A stretch of DNA of 64,000 bases, from the NCBI RefSeq assembly GCF_009914755.1, contig NC_060944.1; one strand, written 5' to 3'. Positions 1 through 12,593 of this stretch are shown one piece after another (the stretch's first letter is position 1; every line of letters starts with the position of its first letter). The DNA comes from the human T2T-CHM13v2.0 reference genome, Homo sapiens. A program made the translations under genes and the position numbers. The notes below the pieces were generated by a model, which worked only from the letters and a program-made list of their open reading frames with translations, was not told where the DNA came from and did no database searches.

Positions 1-741
1 AAAAGAAATCATAGATGACACAAACAAGTGGAAACGCATGCCCATGCTCATGGATGGGTAGAACCAATATTGTGAAAATTACCATTCTGTTAAAGGCAAT
101 CTACAAATTCAATGCAATCCCTATCTGAATAGCAACATCATTCTTCAAAGAATTACAAAAACAATTCGAAAATTAATATGGAACCAAAAGAGAGCCATGT
201 AGCCAAACCAAGGCTAAGCAAAAAGAACAAACCTGGAGGCATCACACTACTTGATTTCAAACTGTACAATAAGGCCATAATTACCAAAACAGCATGGTAC
301 TGGTTTAAAAATAGGCACATAGACCAATGGAAGAGAAGAGAGAACCCAGAAATTAACCCAAATGCTTACAGCCAACTGATCTTCGACAAAGTAAACAAAA
401 ACGTAAAGTGGGGAAAGGACACCCTTTTCAACACATGATGTTGGGATAATTGGCGAGCCACATGTAGGGGAATAAAACTGGATTCTCACCTCTCACCTTA
501 TACAAAAATCTACCAAGATGGAATAAGAACTTAAACCTAATTCCTGAACTATAAAAATTCTAGAAGATAACACTGGATAAACCCTTCTAGACATTGGCAC
601 AGGCAAGAATTTCATGACCAAGAACCCAAACGCAAATGCAATAAAAACAAAGATAAATAGCTGGGACTTAATTAAACTAAAGAGCTTTTGCATGGCAAAA
701 GGAACAGTCAGCAGAGTAAATAGGCAACCCACAGAGTGGGA
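1..741 (+). mobile_element. LINE-1 ORF2 3' fragment (L1PB-like), broken at the telomeric tract
   Basis: ORF 178-438 ([30 protein letters not shown]) matches the L1 ORF2p C-terminal region. Homology stops abruptly at ...ACCCACAGAGTGGGA. Confidence 0.93.
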
Positions 742-743
742 CG

Positions 744-1020
744 CCTGACCCTGACCCCTGACCCCTAACCCTCGACCCCTAACCCCTGACCCTAACCCTA
801 ACCCTTAACCCTAACCCCTATCCCTAACCCTAACCCCTAACCCCAACCCTCACCCTCACCCTAACCCAACCCTAACCCCTAATCTCTAACCCCTAACTTC
901 TCTTAACCCCTAACTCTAAACGTTGACTCCTAACCCCTAACTCTGACTCCAACCCCTATCTCCAACCCCTAACCCTAAACCCCTAACCCCTAACCCTAAC
1001 AAACAGCAACCTTAACCCTA
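744..1020. repeat. Degenerate interstitial telomeric repeat (CCCTAA/CCCCTAA/CCCTGA)n
   Basis: About 280 bp of CCCTAA and variants, with the C-rich strand on +. Confidence 0.97.
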
Positions 1021-1720
1021 GGTTCGTTACTACGTTTGTATTGACTATGTCAATGTTGATTATTATGATCGTTGTCTTTGGACTGCACGGCAGCGAGGGG
1101 ATTGAGGGTCTTATATTAATATTTTTGTATTGAGGCAGTGCATTAGCATTACAGGTGCTTGTTACATGAGCAATGGGGGTGTCATATTTTGGGTGTCATT
1201 TCTGCATTAGGAATGCTGCATTTGTCTTCCGAGGCTGCGGTGTGGATCTCGCACTGCGGCCGCCTCGCCTTGGCTGGGGAGAACCTCGGTGGGCAGGATT
1301 CAGAGGGGCTTTTGGTTTCCCATTTTCCACACTGAACCCTTCTAACTGGTCTCTGACCCTGATTATTCAGGGCTGCAAACAGGAAGGATTTTATTCACCG
1401 TCTATGCGGCCCCGAGTTGTCCCAAAGCGAGGCAGTGCCCCCAAGGTCTGTGCTGAGGAGAACGCTGCTCTGCCTTCGTGGTGCCCCCGGGGTCTGTGCT
1501 GAGCAGAACGCAGCTCAGCCCTCGCGGTGCCCCCGGCCCGCCCGGGTCTGTGCTGAGGAGAACACTGCTCCGCCTTCGCTGTATCTCCGAAGTCTGTGCA
1601 GAGGAGAACTCAGCTCCGCCCTCGCGATGCTCTCCGGGTCTGTGCTGAGGAGAAAGCAGCTCTGGCCTCACAAAGGCGCAGAGAGGCGCCTAGCGCCGGC
1701 GCAGGCGCAGAGAGGCGCAC
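1021..1720. repeat. TAR1 telomere-associated repeat
   Basis: Contains five ~46-bp GTCTGTGCTGAGGAGAACGCAGCTCCGCCCTCGC units (1445-1670) and ~1.5 copies of the 29-bp GCGCCGGCGCAGGCGCAGAGAGGCGC repeat typical of human subtelomeric CpG islands. Confidence 0.9.
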
Positions 1721-1721
1721 A

Positions 1722-2760
1722 GCGGGGCAGGTGGCACCACCAGCGGGTCCCTCAGGCCTGGAGCGCACGCATTCCAGCGGCCACCCAGACCATGCTCCGC
1801 CGCCTGGGCGCCCAAGCTGCAGTCGCCCTCTGTGTGCAGGCAGCAGCTGCCTGGCAAACCCCGAGCCCACTCGCGCTGCCAGCATCGCAGAACCAGGGCC
1901 AGGTGTCCCAGTGGCTGTGTCCAAGCCAGGCATTCTGCCCGGCGGCGGCGGCTGCACAGGAGAGACAACTGAGAACCCGCCGCTCAACCCCACACGGGGT
2001 GACTGCTGAGGGCCCATACCAATGGCCCCGATCTCCCTCAGGTGGAGGAGTGGGCGGGAGGCACGGCCTGGGGGCCCTCAGGCTGGGCGCGCTGGCGATC
2101 CCGAGGCCGACCAGGCCATGCACCTCCAGCCCACCTGGGCATCCAAGCTGCAGCCGCCTTCTGTGTGTAGGCAGCAGCCTCCAGGCAATTCCGGAGCCCG
2201 CCCTCACTCCCCACATCTCGGAACCAGGGCCAGATGTCCCTGTGGCTGCGGCCAAGCCAGGCGGCCTGCCCTGCTGCACGGGGGCGGGAACCGGCCCTCA
2301 GCCCTATCCCCCGTGGCTGCAGAGGGCCCCTGGCTAGAGGTCTCGTGCTTTGGCAGAGGAGGAGCCGGGCGGGGGCAGGGTCTGGCGGGCTCTCGGGCCA
2401 GGGGCACTCGCGATCCAGAGGCCGCCCAGGCCATGTTTCACTACCTGGGCGCCCAGCTACAGGCACCGGGCAACTCCCAAGCTGGCTGGCGCGCCCAGCC
2501 TCGCAGAACCGAGGCTAGTTGGCGAAGTGGCTGCGACCAAGCCAGGTGGTCTGCCAGGCGGCGGCTGCACCGGGGAAGGAACCGACCCTCAGCCCCATCC
2601 CCGGTGGCTGCAGACGGCCCCTGGAGCGTCCCCGATCTCTCTTCGGAGGAGAAGAGGGGCGGGAGTCACGGCCAGGCGGGCCCTCATGCGGGAAGGAATG
2701 CGCGCCTGCGATTCCGCGACGTCCAGCGCCAGCCCAGGAGAACCCGCAAGCCAGCGGCGC
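1722..2760. repeat. GC/CpG-rich diverged tandem array, ~300-325-bp unit, about 3 copies
   Basis: The motifs GG(G/T)CCCTCAGGC, CCAGGCCATG, CCAAGCCAGG, GTGGCTGCAGA and GAGGAG recur, with units starting near 1746, 2071, 2387 and 2678. Confidence 0.8.
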
Positions 2761-2799
2761 CTGTTTCTCTGTGTGATTCTGTGAGGAAACACCAATCTG

Positions 2800-5700
2800 T
2801 TTTCCACGGTAAGTCCATCATTTTCTATTCCTAGCAGCCAGTTCATGATGCCTCCAGTTTCTCCACCTCCTTAGCAACATTTATTTTCTGTGTCGTTGTT
2901 ATGAAAGCCTTACTAGTGGATGCAAAGTGGCATCTCATTTGGGTTTTGTCTTGCATTTTATTAATGAATAACGGTGTTTAGCATCTTTTCTTGTCCTTCT
3001 TAGACATTTGTGTATCTTCTTCGGTGAAATGTCTATTCAAGTCCTTTGCCTATGTTTTAATTGGGATGTTAGAAATTCTTATGTTGAGTTGTGGGTTATT
3101 AAGCTTTTATCAGATACACACTTTGATTTTATCAGATAGATATTTTCTCACATACTATGGGTTGTCTTTTCACTCCCTTGATAGTATCCTTTGATGCATA
3201 AACGGTTTTTATTTTGATTAAATCTAATTTTCGTGTATTTTCTTTTGTTATCTGTGCTTTTCTGTCATATTTCAAAATACACTTAAAACTCAAAGGTCAT
3301 AAAAGTTTACCATGTGTTTTCTTCTAAGAGTTACATATTTTTAGTCCTTACATTTAAGTATTTTATTAATTTAGAATTAATTTTTGTATATACTGCAAGG
3401 TAGGGGTCTAACTTCTCTCTTGTGCACTGACATCCAGCTGTTGAAGAGACTGTTCTTTCCTCTCTTGACTAGACTTGGCCACCTTGTTGAACAGTCATGG
3501 ACCATATATGTGAGGACTAACTTGTAGGATCTCAAATCTGTTCTATTGTATTGGTCTGAAAGTCTATTGGTCTTATGCCAGTACCACACTCTCTTGATGA
3601 CTGTAGATTGGTAGTAGGCTGTGAAACTGAAAAATGTGAGTTTTCCAATGTTCTTTTTCAAGACTGTTTTGTCTGTCAGATCCTTTGCATTTTTGTATGA
3701 TTTTAGAATGAGTTTCTTTGTTTCTGCAAAAATGCCTTTGGGATTTTGATGGTATTGCATTGAGTCTGTAGATTACTTTAGATGGTATTGTCATCCTAAC
3801 AATATTGTCTTACAACCCATGAACACAGAATGTCTTTCCAGTTATTTCCACTCTCTTTATTTTTTTTCAGCAAAGTTTTGTGTATACCACCATGGTTAGA
3901 TTTATGCCTGAATAACTTATTCTTTGATGGTATTATAAATGGAATTTTTAAAACATTTTCATAGTTCTTTACAACTGTTTAGAAATATAGCTCATTTGCC
4001 TATGTTTGTTTTGCATCCTGCCTCTTTTATTAGTTATAATCGGTTTTGTGTTTTGTTTGGAGCTTCGTACACATAAGATCATGTGTAGATATAATTTTAC
4101 TTCTATTTTTTATTTCTAATTTAGATGCCTTTTATTTCTTTGTCTTGCCTAATTGCTCTGGCTAAAATTGCCAGTGCTACGTTGAATACAAGTGGCAAAT
4201 GCACCATCCTTGTCTTGTTCTAGATGTTAGGAAAACAGCTTTCAGTATTTCATCTTTAATCACGATATTAACTTGGTTTTTTGTACATCCCATTGTCATG
4301 TTGCAGAAGATCCCTTCTATGCCTAGTTTATTAAGTATTTTTATTATAGAAGGGTGTTGTATTTCATCAATGTTTTCTCTGAATCAATTGAAATAATCAC
4401 GTTATTATTCATTTTACTGTTACAGCATATTACACTGATTGATTTTTTATATTTTGAGCCACACTTGCATTTTGGGGATAAATCTCACAGGGTGATAGTT
4501 TATAATCCTTTGATTATACAGTATTGCTGCTAGTATTTTGCTAGTATTGCTAGTATTTTGCTGAGATTTTTGCTTATATATTCATAAGGGATATTGTGCT
4601 GTAGTTCTCTTTTTTGTGCTCTCTTTGGCTTTGGTACAAGGATAATGCTGTTATCAAAAAATGAATTAGCAAGTATTCCTTCTTCATATATTATGTCAGA
4701 AGAGTTTGAGAAGAAATGGTATTAACTCTTCTTTAAATATTAGGTTGACTCACTGGTTAATGCAGCTATTTGGTCATAAATGTTTCTTTGTTAATCGCTT
4801 TCAATTACTAATTCAATCTCCTAGGTTATAGGTCTATTCAGATTTTCTCTTTCTTCTTGAGCCACTTTGGTAGTTTGTGTCTTTCTAGTGATTCGTCCAT
4901 TTCATCCAGGGCACCTAATTTGTTGTTAGACAGTTGTTCACAGTATACTCCTGTAATCCTTTTGTATTTCTGTAAAGTTGGTAGTAATGGCTCTGCTTTC
5001 ATTTATTATTTTAATAATTAGTCTTCCATCTTTTTCTCAGTCAATATAGTGAAAGGCTTGATCTTTCAAAGAATCTATGTTTATTCATTCTACTGCTCTC
5101 CAACCTTCTATTTTATTGATTTATGCTCTAATTATGCTCTTTATTATTTCTTTCCTTCTGCTAGCTTTGGATTTAGTCTTTTTTGTTTTCTTCCACTGCC
5201 TTTAGGTATAGAGTGAGGATACTGATTTGATATTTTTCTTAAATGTAGTTGTTCATATCCATACATTTTCCTTTGAACTCTACTTTCACTGCATTCAATA
5301 AGTTTTGGTATGGTTTGTTTTTATTTTAATTTGTCTCAAGACATTTTATAATTTTGCTTGTGATTTATTTTTTCAATCACTGGTAGTTGAAGACTGTATT
5401 GTTTAATTTCCACATTTTCATGAATTTTCCAGTTTTCACTTATTTAGCTGTTGTTTCTTCCATTGTGGTTGTAAATTATATTTTGTATGATTTCAAACTT
5501 TTAAAAATGATTAGGACATATTTTGTGGACGAAGATATGGCCTATCCTAGAGAAAGTTTCATATGCACTTGAAAAGAATGTATATTCTGCTGTTGTTGGA
5601 TGGACTGTCCTGTATATGTGTATTAGCTCTCAGTGGCTTCTACTGTTGTTTAAGTCTTGTATTTCTCATGAAGCTTCTGTATGGTTTTTCTATCCATTAA

Positions 5701-5930
5701 TTAAAATGAGGTATTGAAGTGTCCAACTGTGACTATAGAATTCTGGGTTTATCCTTTCAATCCTGTTAATTATTTCAGCTTTACTGAGGTGTAATAGAGA
5801 AATAAAAATTGTACATGTGATGCGTTTATACGCACATTCTGAAATGATTACCAAAATGAAGTCAATTAACATGTTAATTACTTCACAGAATAGTTACCTT
5901 TTTGTGTGCATGTGTGGGATAAGAAAACTT
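2800..5930 (-). mobile_element. Old LINE-1 (L1M) ORF2 fragments
   Basis: T-rich antisense L1. Minus ORFs 3377-3794 give KVIYRLNAIP and YYQSTVIKRVWYWHK. Confidence 0.85.
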
Positions 5931-5939
5931 AACTCTATC

Positions 5940-6663
5940 CCCTGTGACTGCAGAGTGGCCATTCCAGCTGCTCCAGGCTCCAGCAGAGGAAGACCGGGGC
6001 AGGTGGCACCACCAGGGGGGCCCTCAGGCCTGGAGAGCACGCATTCCATAGGCCACCCAGACCATGCTCCGCCGCCTGGGCGCCCAAGCTGCAGTCGCCC
6101 TCTGTGTGCAGGCAGCAGCTGCCTGGCAACCCGAGCCCGCTTGCGCTCCCAGCCTTGCAGAACCAGGGCCAGGTGTCCCAGTGGCTGCGTCCAAGCCAGG
6201 CATTCTGCCCGGCGGCGGAGGCTGCACAGGAGCGAGAACTGAGAACCTGACGCTCAACCCCACATGGGGTGACTGCCGAGTGCCCATGGCAGCGGCCCCG
6301 ATCTCCCACAGGTGGAGGAGTGGGTGGGAGGCACGGCCTGGGGGCCCTCAGGCTGGGCGCGCTGGCGATCCCGAGGCCGACCAGGCCATGCACCTCCAGC
6401 CCGCCTGGGCTCCCGAGCTGCAGCCGCCTTGTGTGTGCAGGCAGCAGCCTCCAGGCAACTCCCGAGCCCGCCCGCACTCTCCACATCTCGGAAGCAGGGC
6501 CAGATGTCTCTGTGGCTGTGGCCAAGGCAGGCGGTCTACCCTGCAGCTGCTGCACTGGGGCGGGAAGCGGCCCTCAGCCCCATCCCCGGTGGCTGCAGAG
6601 GGCCCCTGGCTAGAGGTATGGAGCTCTGGCAGAGGAGGAGCCGGGCAGGGGCAGGGTCTGGCT
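5940..6663. repeat. Second copy of the GC-rich array (direct duplicate of ~1723-2385)
   Basis: Colinear with 1723-2385; for example CCATGCTCCGCCGCCTGGGCGCCCAAGCTGCAGTCGCCCTCTGTGTGCAGG is identical in both. Confidence 0.93.
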
Positions 6664-6739
6664 TGACTATTTGGAATTACAATACACTTCATTCATCAAC
6701 CTCAGAACATACACTGGAGTATCATCTGCGTGCAGATGA

Positions 6740-8520
6740 GTATACTGCTCAAAGCGATTTACAGATTCAATGCTTTTCCTATCAAACTACTAACGTCATT
6801 TTTCACAAAATAGAAAACATCTAAAATTTATATGGAACCTAAAAGGAGTCTGAATAGCCAAGCCAAAGCAATACTAAGGCTAGAGACATAGGCTAGAGAC
6901 ATCATATTACATGACTTCAAACTATACTAGAAGACTATAGTAATCAAAACAACATGGTACTGGTAGAAAAACAGACACGTAGACCAATGGAAGAGACTAG
7001 AGTACTAGAAACTAAGGCCACATGCCTGCAACCATCACATCTTTAACAAAGTTGACAAAAGTAAGCAATGGGAAAAAAGACTTTTTATTTAATAAATAAT
7101 GTTGGGATAACTGGCTAGTCATATGCAGAAGAATAAAACTAGATCTCCATATTTCACCAAATACAAAAATTAGCTTAAGATGGATTAAAGAGTTAAATGT
7201 AAAATCTCAAGTTGTAAAACGCCTAGAAAAAACCTAGGAAATACTTTTCCTGATAATGGCCTTGGCAAATAATTTATGGCTAAGTCCTCAAAAGAAATTA
7301 CAACTAAAACAAAAATTGACAAGTGGGATTTAATTAAACTGAAAAACTTTTGCACAAGAGAAACTATCAAGGTAGTAAAGGGATAACCCACAGAATGAAA
7401 GAAAATATTCACAAACTACGCATCTAACAGAGGTCTATTTTTCAGAACCTATAATGAACTTACACAAATCAACAAGCAAGGAGCAAGTAACTCCATTAAA
7501 AAGTGGGCAACAGGACATGAACAGACACTTCTCAAAAGAAGACATACACACAAACACCTGACTAACATATGTAAAAGTGCTCATCATCATTATTTATTAG
7601 AGAAATGCAAATCAAAACCGAAAGGAAATACCATTTCACACCAGTCAGAATGGCTTTTTTTGAAAAGTCAAAAGAAAAACACATATCGGTGAAGATTTAG
7701 AGAATAGAGAACACTTATACACTTTCTGAAGGAATGTAAATTAGTTCAGCCACTGTGGAAAGCAGGTTGGGGATTTCTTAAAGAACTGAGAGTTGAACTA
7801 CCATTCAACCCAGTAACCCCATTACTGGGTATATACCCGAAAGAAAATAAATATCCTACCAAAAAAGACACATGTAGCCATATTTTTATCACAGCAGTAT
7901 TCACAATCACAAAGACATAGACTTAACCCAGGCGTCCATCAGTGGTGGTCTGGATAAAGACTCATGGAATACTATACAGCCATAAAAAACCCAAAATTAT
8001 GCCATTTGAAGCAACATGGATGCATTGTTTCCAGCAAACTAATGCAAAAGCCAAAAACAAAATACCACATGTTCTCCTTCATAAGTGGGAGCTAAATGCT
8101 GGGTACACATGGTCATAATACAGAGGGGTGGGAGGGGCCGGGACTGGTGGCTCATGCCTGTAATCCCATTTGGGAGGCCAAGGTGAGCGGATCACCCGAA
8201 GTCAGGAGTTTGAGACCAGCCTGGCCAACGTGGTGAAACCCCGCCTCTAATGAAAACACAAAAATTAACTGGGCATGGTGGCTGGCTCCTGTAATCTCAG
8301 CTACTAGGGGGCCTGAGGCAGAGAGTCGCTTGAACCCGTGGGGCAGAGGTTGTAGTGTGCCCAGATCGCGCCACATCACTCCAGCCTGGGCGACGGAGCA
8401 AAACTCTGTCTCAAAAACAAGCAAACAAACAAACAAACAAAAAACAGAGGGAGGAGGGAGGGAATACAGATTTATTAAAACTACCGATTGGTTAGTGTCC
8501 TCTCTACCTTGGTAATGAAT
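6740..8520 (+). mobile_element. LINE-1 3' portion (L1PB/L1MA-like), interrupted by an Alu
   Basis: ORF2 3' and 3'UTR motifs (GACTTCAAACTATACT, CACATGTTCTC..ATAAGTGGGAGCTAAA). Confidence 0.85.
8136..8445 (+). mobile_element. Alu (AluS-like)
   Basis: GGCCGGG..GGTGGCTCATGCCTGTAATCCC dimer with an (AAAC)n tail. Confidence 0.95.
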
Positions 8521-10034
8521 TCATTCATTTAATTCATAATTCATTCATTCAATTCATAATTCAGTTCCCCCTGAGAAAAAAATACTGACTTGTCATTAAA
8601 ATCTCTCTGTATCTTACTGATTTCAGATAGAAGTTAAATTTCACCTTAATAATAGAAACAAAAGAACTAGTTAAACTGACAAAAACTAATAAACGTTTGC
8701 TCAAATTTACTGACAGAGTCATGGGTATTTCATATAATAGTAACATTCTACCAGTTTTAAGTAAAATAAATAAGGAAACAAACTTAACTCCATCGCCTAC
8801 TGGGAGGGACGTGCCCCCGCTCCCAGGTGAGTGGGACCCTACGCTCTGGGCGCGTTGTGCCGTGGCCTCTGGCACCTCTTGTTGGCAGCGTCGCCGTTGC
8901 AGGCACAGGGCACGCATTGGAGGGCGGGCAGCGGGCCAGGCCCAGGCGACTTCTTTGCCAGGGGCTGGGCAGGTGCGGAGAGGGGCGGAGCGGTACTGCC
9001 CTGGGCGAGGGAGCCTCCCGCTCTGGAGGGTTCACCGCCCCTGCCCCAGGAGGGCGCTGCAGGAGCTGGGTGGGGAAGGGGAGGGATGAGGGGACGCAGG
9101 CGAGGCCAAGTGGCCCCTTAGACCTGGGTGATGCAGGAGGGGCTGTGGGAGACCAGAGAGGACCCAGAGCAGAAACCGGGAACTGATACCTCTGGCTGAA
9201 TATTTGTCCTCTTGCTGAAGTTTGAAACTCAGTTATTTCATTAAAGTTTAATTTTATTATAAAAGTAACAACTATTAAAAATTCCCTGTAGTCACTGGAA
9301 TGACAAATTTTGGTGCAGTTTCAGCATAACAATCTTTGGAGTTTTTAGATATTGTAATTATTCAAATTGTGGCCATATTTCAAAATATATGCCATATATT
9401 TTTATGGCATCCACCCCTGTGTCCCTGTGTCCCACATCCGCCTCTGTGTCCCTGCTGGCTCAGGAAACGAGCTTCTTCCTCCTTCCGCAGACTCGAATCA
9501 GGCCGTCCTCCCTCCTGCGCCTGAGGCGGTCATGGGGACAGCCTGCCCTCGAATAGCCTGAGAACGCCTGGCCTGTGCCCTGTGCTCGGCCTGTTGTCCT
9601 GGCTCGTGCCCCTCAGAGCCCCGCACAAAGCAGTGTGACAGGTGTGGAAGGACTCAGCACCAGGCAGCGGTGAGCGGATGGATGCTCCAGGGATGTGGGG
9701 CTGCTGGCAGTCAAGAACCCATTGCCAAATTCCATGGCATAATTTTGGATATTTTTCCCTTATATTTTTGTGTAAGGCTTTCAGACTTACACAATTTGAG
9801 TTTTTAAAAAAATATAGTATAAGCTACAATTCTGACTTCTGTATTTTACATGTTGATAGCAAGTCTTCACACCGTTTTTTGTTAAAGGGGGCTATTCCCT
9901 CTCCATAGTTTGGCCTTTGCACCCTTGTTGAAGATCATTTTGACCATATACAAGGCTTTTGTGGAGAGGGGGGTCTCTATTATTTACTATGTCTACATGT
10001 CTTGATTTAATACATTTCTTTTTAGATTTTCTCC

Positions 10035-10330
10035 TTTTTATTTTTGAGACAGGTTCTCTGTCATCCAGGCTGGGGTGCACTGGTGCGACCATGGCTTACT
10101 GCAGCCTTGCTCTCCCAGGCTTAAAAGATCCTCTCACCTCAGCCTCTGGAATAGCTGAGACTACAGGTTCATGTCACATTGCCAGGTTAATTTTAATTTT
10201 AATTTTTTTTGTAGTGATGGGGGTTCTCACTATGATGCCCAGTGTGGTTTGAACTCCTGGGTTCAAGCAATCCTCCTACCTCAGCCTCACAAAATGCTGA
10301 GTTTACACGTGTAAGCCATAGAACCTGACC
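10035..10330 (-). mobile_element. Alu (AluJ-like)
   Basis: TTTTTGAGACAGG...GAACTCCTGGGTTCAAGCAATCCTCC. Confidence 0.9.
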
Positions 10331-11020
10331 TCAAAATACCACATTTGAAAAGAATTCAACAGCACTGCAATTAGTTTTTGATTTAAAAATTGTGAGGGCT
10401 CCACACTTGACATTCTTTTCCAAGTTTAATTGGCTATTTTCAGTCTTGAGATTTCATATGTTTTAGAATTTTGTATTTCTGCAAGTAAATATTGTTATGA
10501 TTTATATAGCTATTGCATTTAATCTGTTGTTGATTTTGTTAATATAGACTTAAGAATATTGTTTTCTAATTTATGAATATGGGATATCTTTTCAATTGTC
10601 TAATCTATAAATATAGAACATCTTCCCCATTTTTTGTGACTTTTCTTCAACAACATCTTGTATCTTCTAGTATACTAGTCTTACATCTCTTTGCTTGTTT
10701 ATTCCAAAGTATATTCTTCTTAATGCTATTTTAATGGAATTTTAAAAACTTGGATTGTACCTTGTAATGAAGATAAACACACTTAATTTTGTATTCTGCA
10801 ATTTTGCTAAATGCAACTATTAGTTCTAACAGATATTGTGTTCAGCATATAGGATTTTTTGTGTATAACATCATATCATAAGTAACAGGTAATTTTACTT
10901 CTTCCTTTAGAATGTGGATTTTCTCTTTTTTTCATTGCCTAGTTGTTTTGCCAGGACTTTCACTGCTATTTTTGAATAGATGTGGCAACAATGAATATCT
11001 TGCCTTATTATTAATCTTAG

Positions 11021-11395
<375 letters not shown>

Positions 11396-12593
11396 GGTGA
11401 TGAGTTATTTACATATCTTTTGTTATGTTAGTTTCCTTTTATTTCTAGTTTGTTGAGTGTTTTTTATCTTGAAAAGATGATTAATATTGTCAATTGACTT
11501 TTCTGCATTATTTGAGATGATTGTGTGGTTTATATCTTTTACTCTGTTAATATGATATATTAAATTGATTGATTTAAACTCTCATTCCAATATGGCCAAA
11601 TAGGAAGAGCTCTGGTCTGCGGCTCCCAGTGTGATCAATGCAAGATGGGTGATTTCTGCATTTCCAACTGAGCTACCTGATTCATCTCATTGGGACTGGT
11701 TGGACAGTGAGATCATCCCATGGAGGGTGAACTGAAACAGGGCAGGGCATCAACTCACCCAGGAAGTGCAAGAGGTTGCAGGATTTTCCTTTCCTAGCCA
11801 AGGGAAGACATGACAGACTGTACCTGGAAAAACAGGACACTCTCACCCAAATACTGCACTTTTCACACAGTCTTAGCACCTGGCAGACCAGGAGATTCTC
11901 TCCTGTGCCTGGTTCATTGGTTTCCACACCCATAGAGCCTTGCTCACTGCTAGTGCAGCAGTCTGAGATTAACCTTCATGCTGCAGCTGAGCAGGTGGAG
12001 GTGAATCCGCAATTTTTGAGGTTTGAGTAGGTAAACAAAGTGGCCAGGAAGCTTGAACAGGGTAGAGCCACTCACAGCTCAGCAAGGCCTACTGCCTTTA
12101 TAAACTCCACCTCTGTGGGCAGGGCATAGCTGAATAAAAGGCAGCAGAAACTTCTGCAGACTTAAACGTCCCATCTGACAGCTCTGAAGAGAGCAGTGGT
12201 TCTCCTGGCATGGTGTTTGAGCTCTGAGAATGGTCATACTGCCTCCTCAAGTGGGTCACTGAACCCCGTGTAGCCTAACTGGGAGACACCTCATAGTAAG
12301 GGCCAACAGACACCTCATACAGGCAGGAGGCCCTCTTCAACGAAGCTTCCAGGGAAGGATCAAGCAGCAATATTTGCAGTTCTGCAGCCTCCTCTGTAGA
12401 TACCCAGGCAAACAGTGTCCAGAGTGGACCTCCAGCAAACTCCAACAGACCTGCACCTGAGGGACCTGACTGTTAGAAGGAAAACTAACAAACAGAAAGG
12501 AATAGCATCAACATAAACAAAAAGGACATCCAAACCAAAACCCCATCTGTAGGTTACCAACATCAAAGACCAAAGGTAGATAAAACCACAAAG

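Noticed and set aside
744-1020. Head-to-head telomere fusion like 2q13, or a true chromosome end
   Set aside because: Only one repeat orientation is present, and ordinary L1 DNA lies distal to it.
1417-2846. Long overlapping ORFs (up to 306 aa) in the TAR1/GC array
   Set aside because: Stop-poor GC-rich repeat that is open in many frames on both strands, with no recognisable domain.
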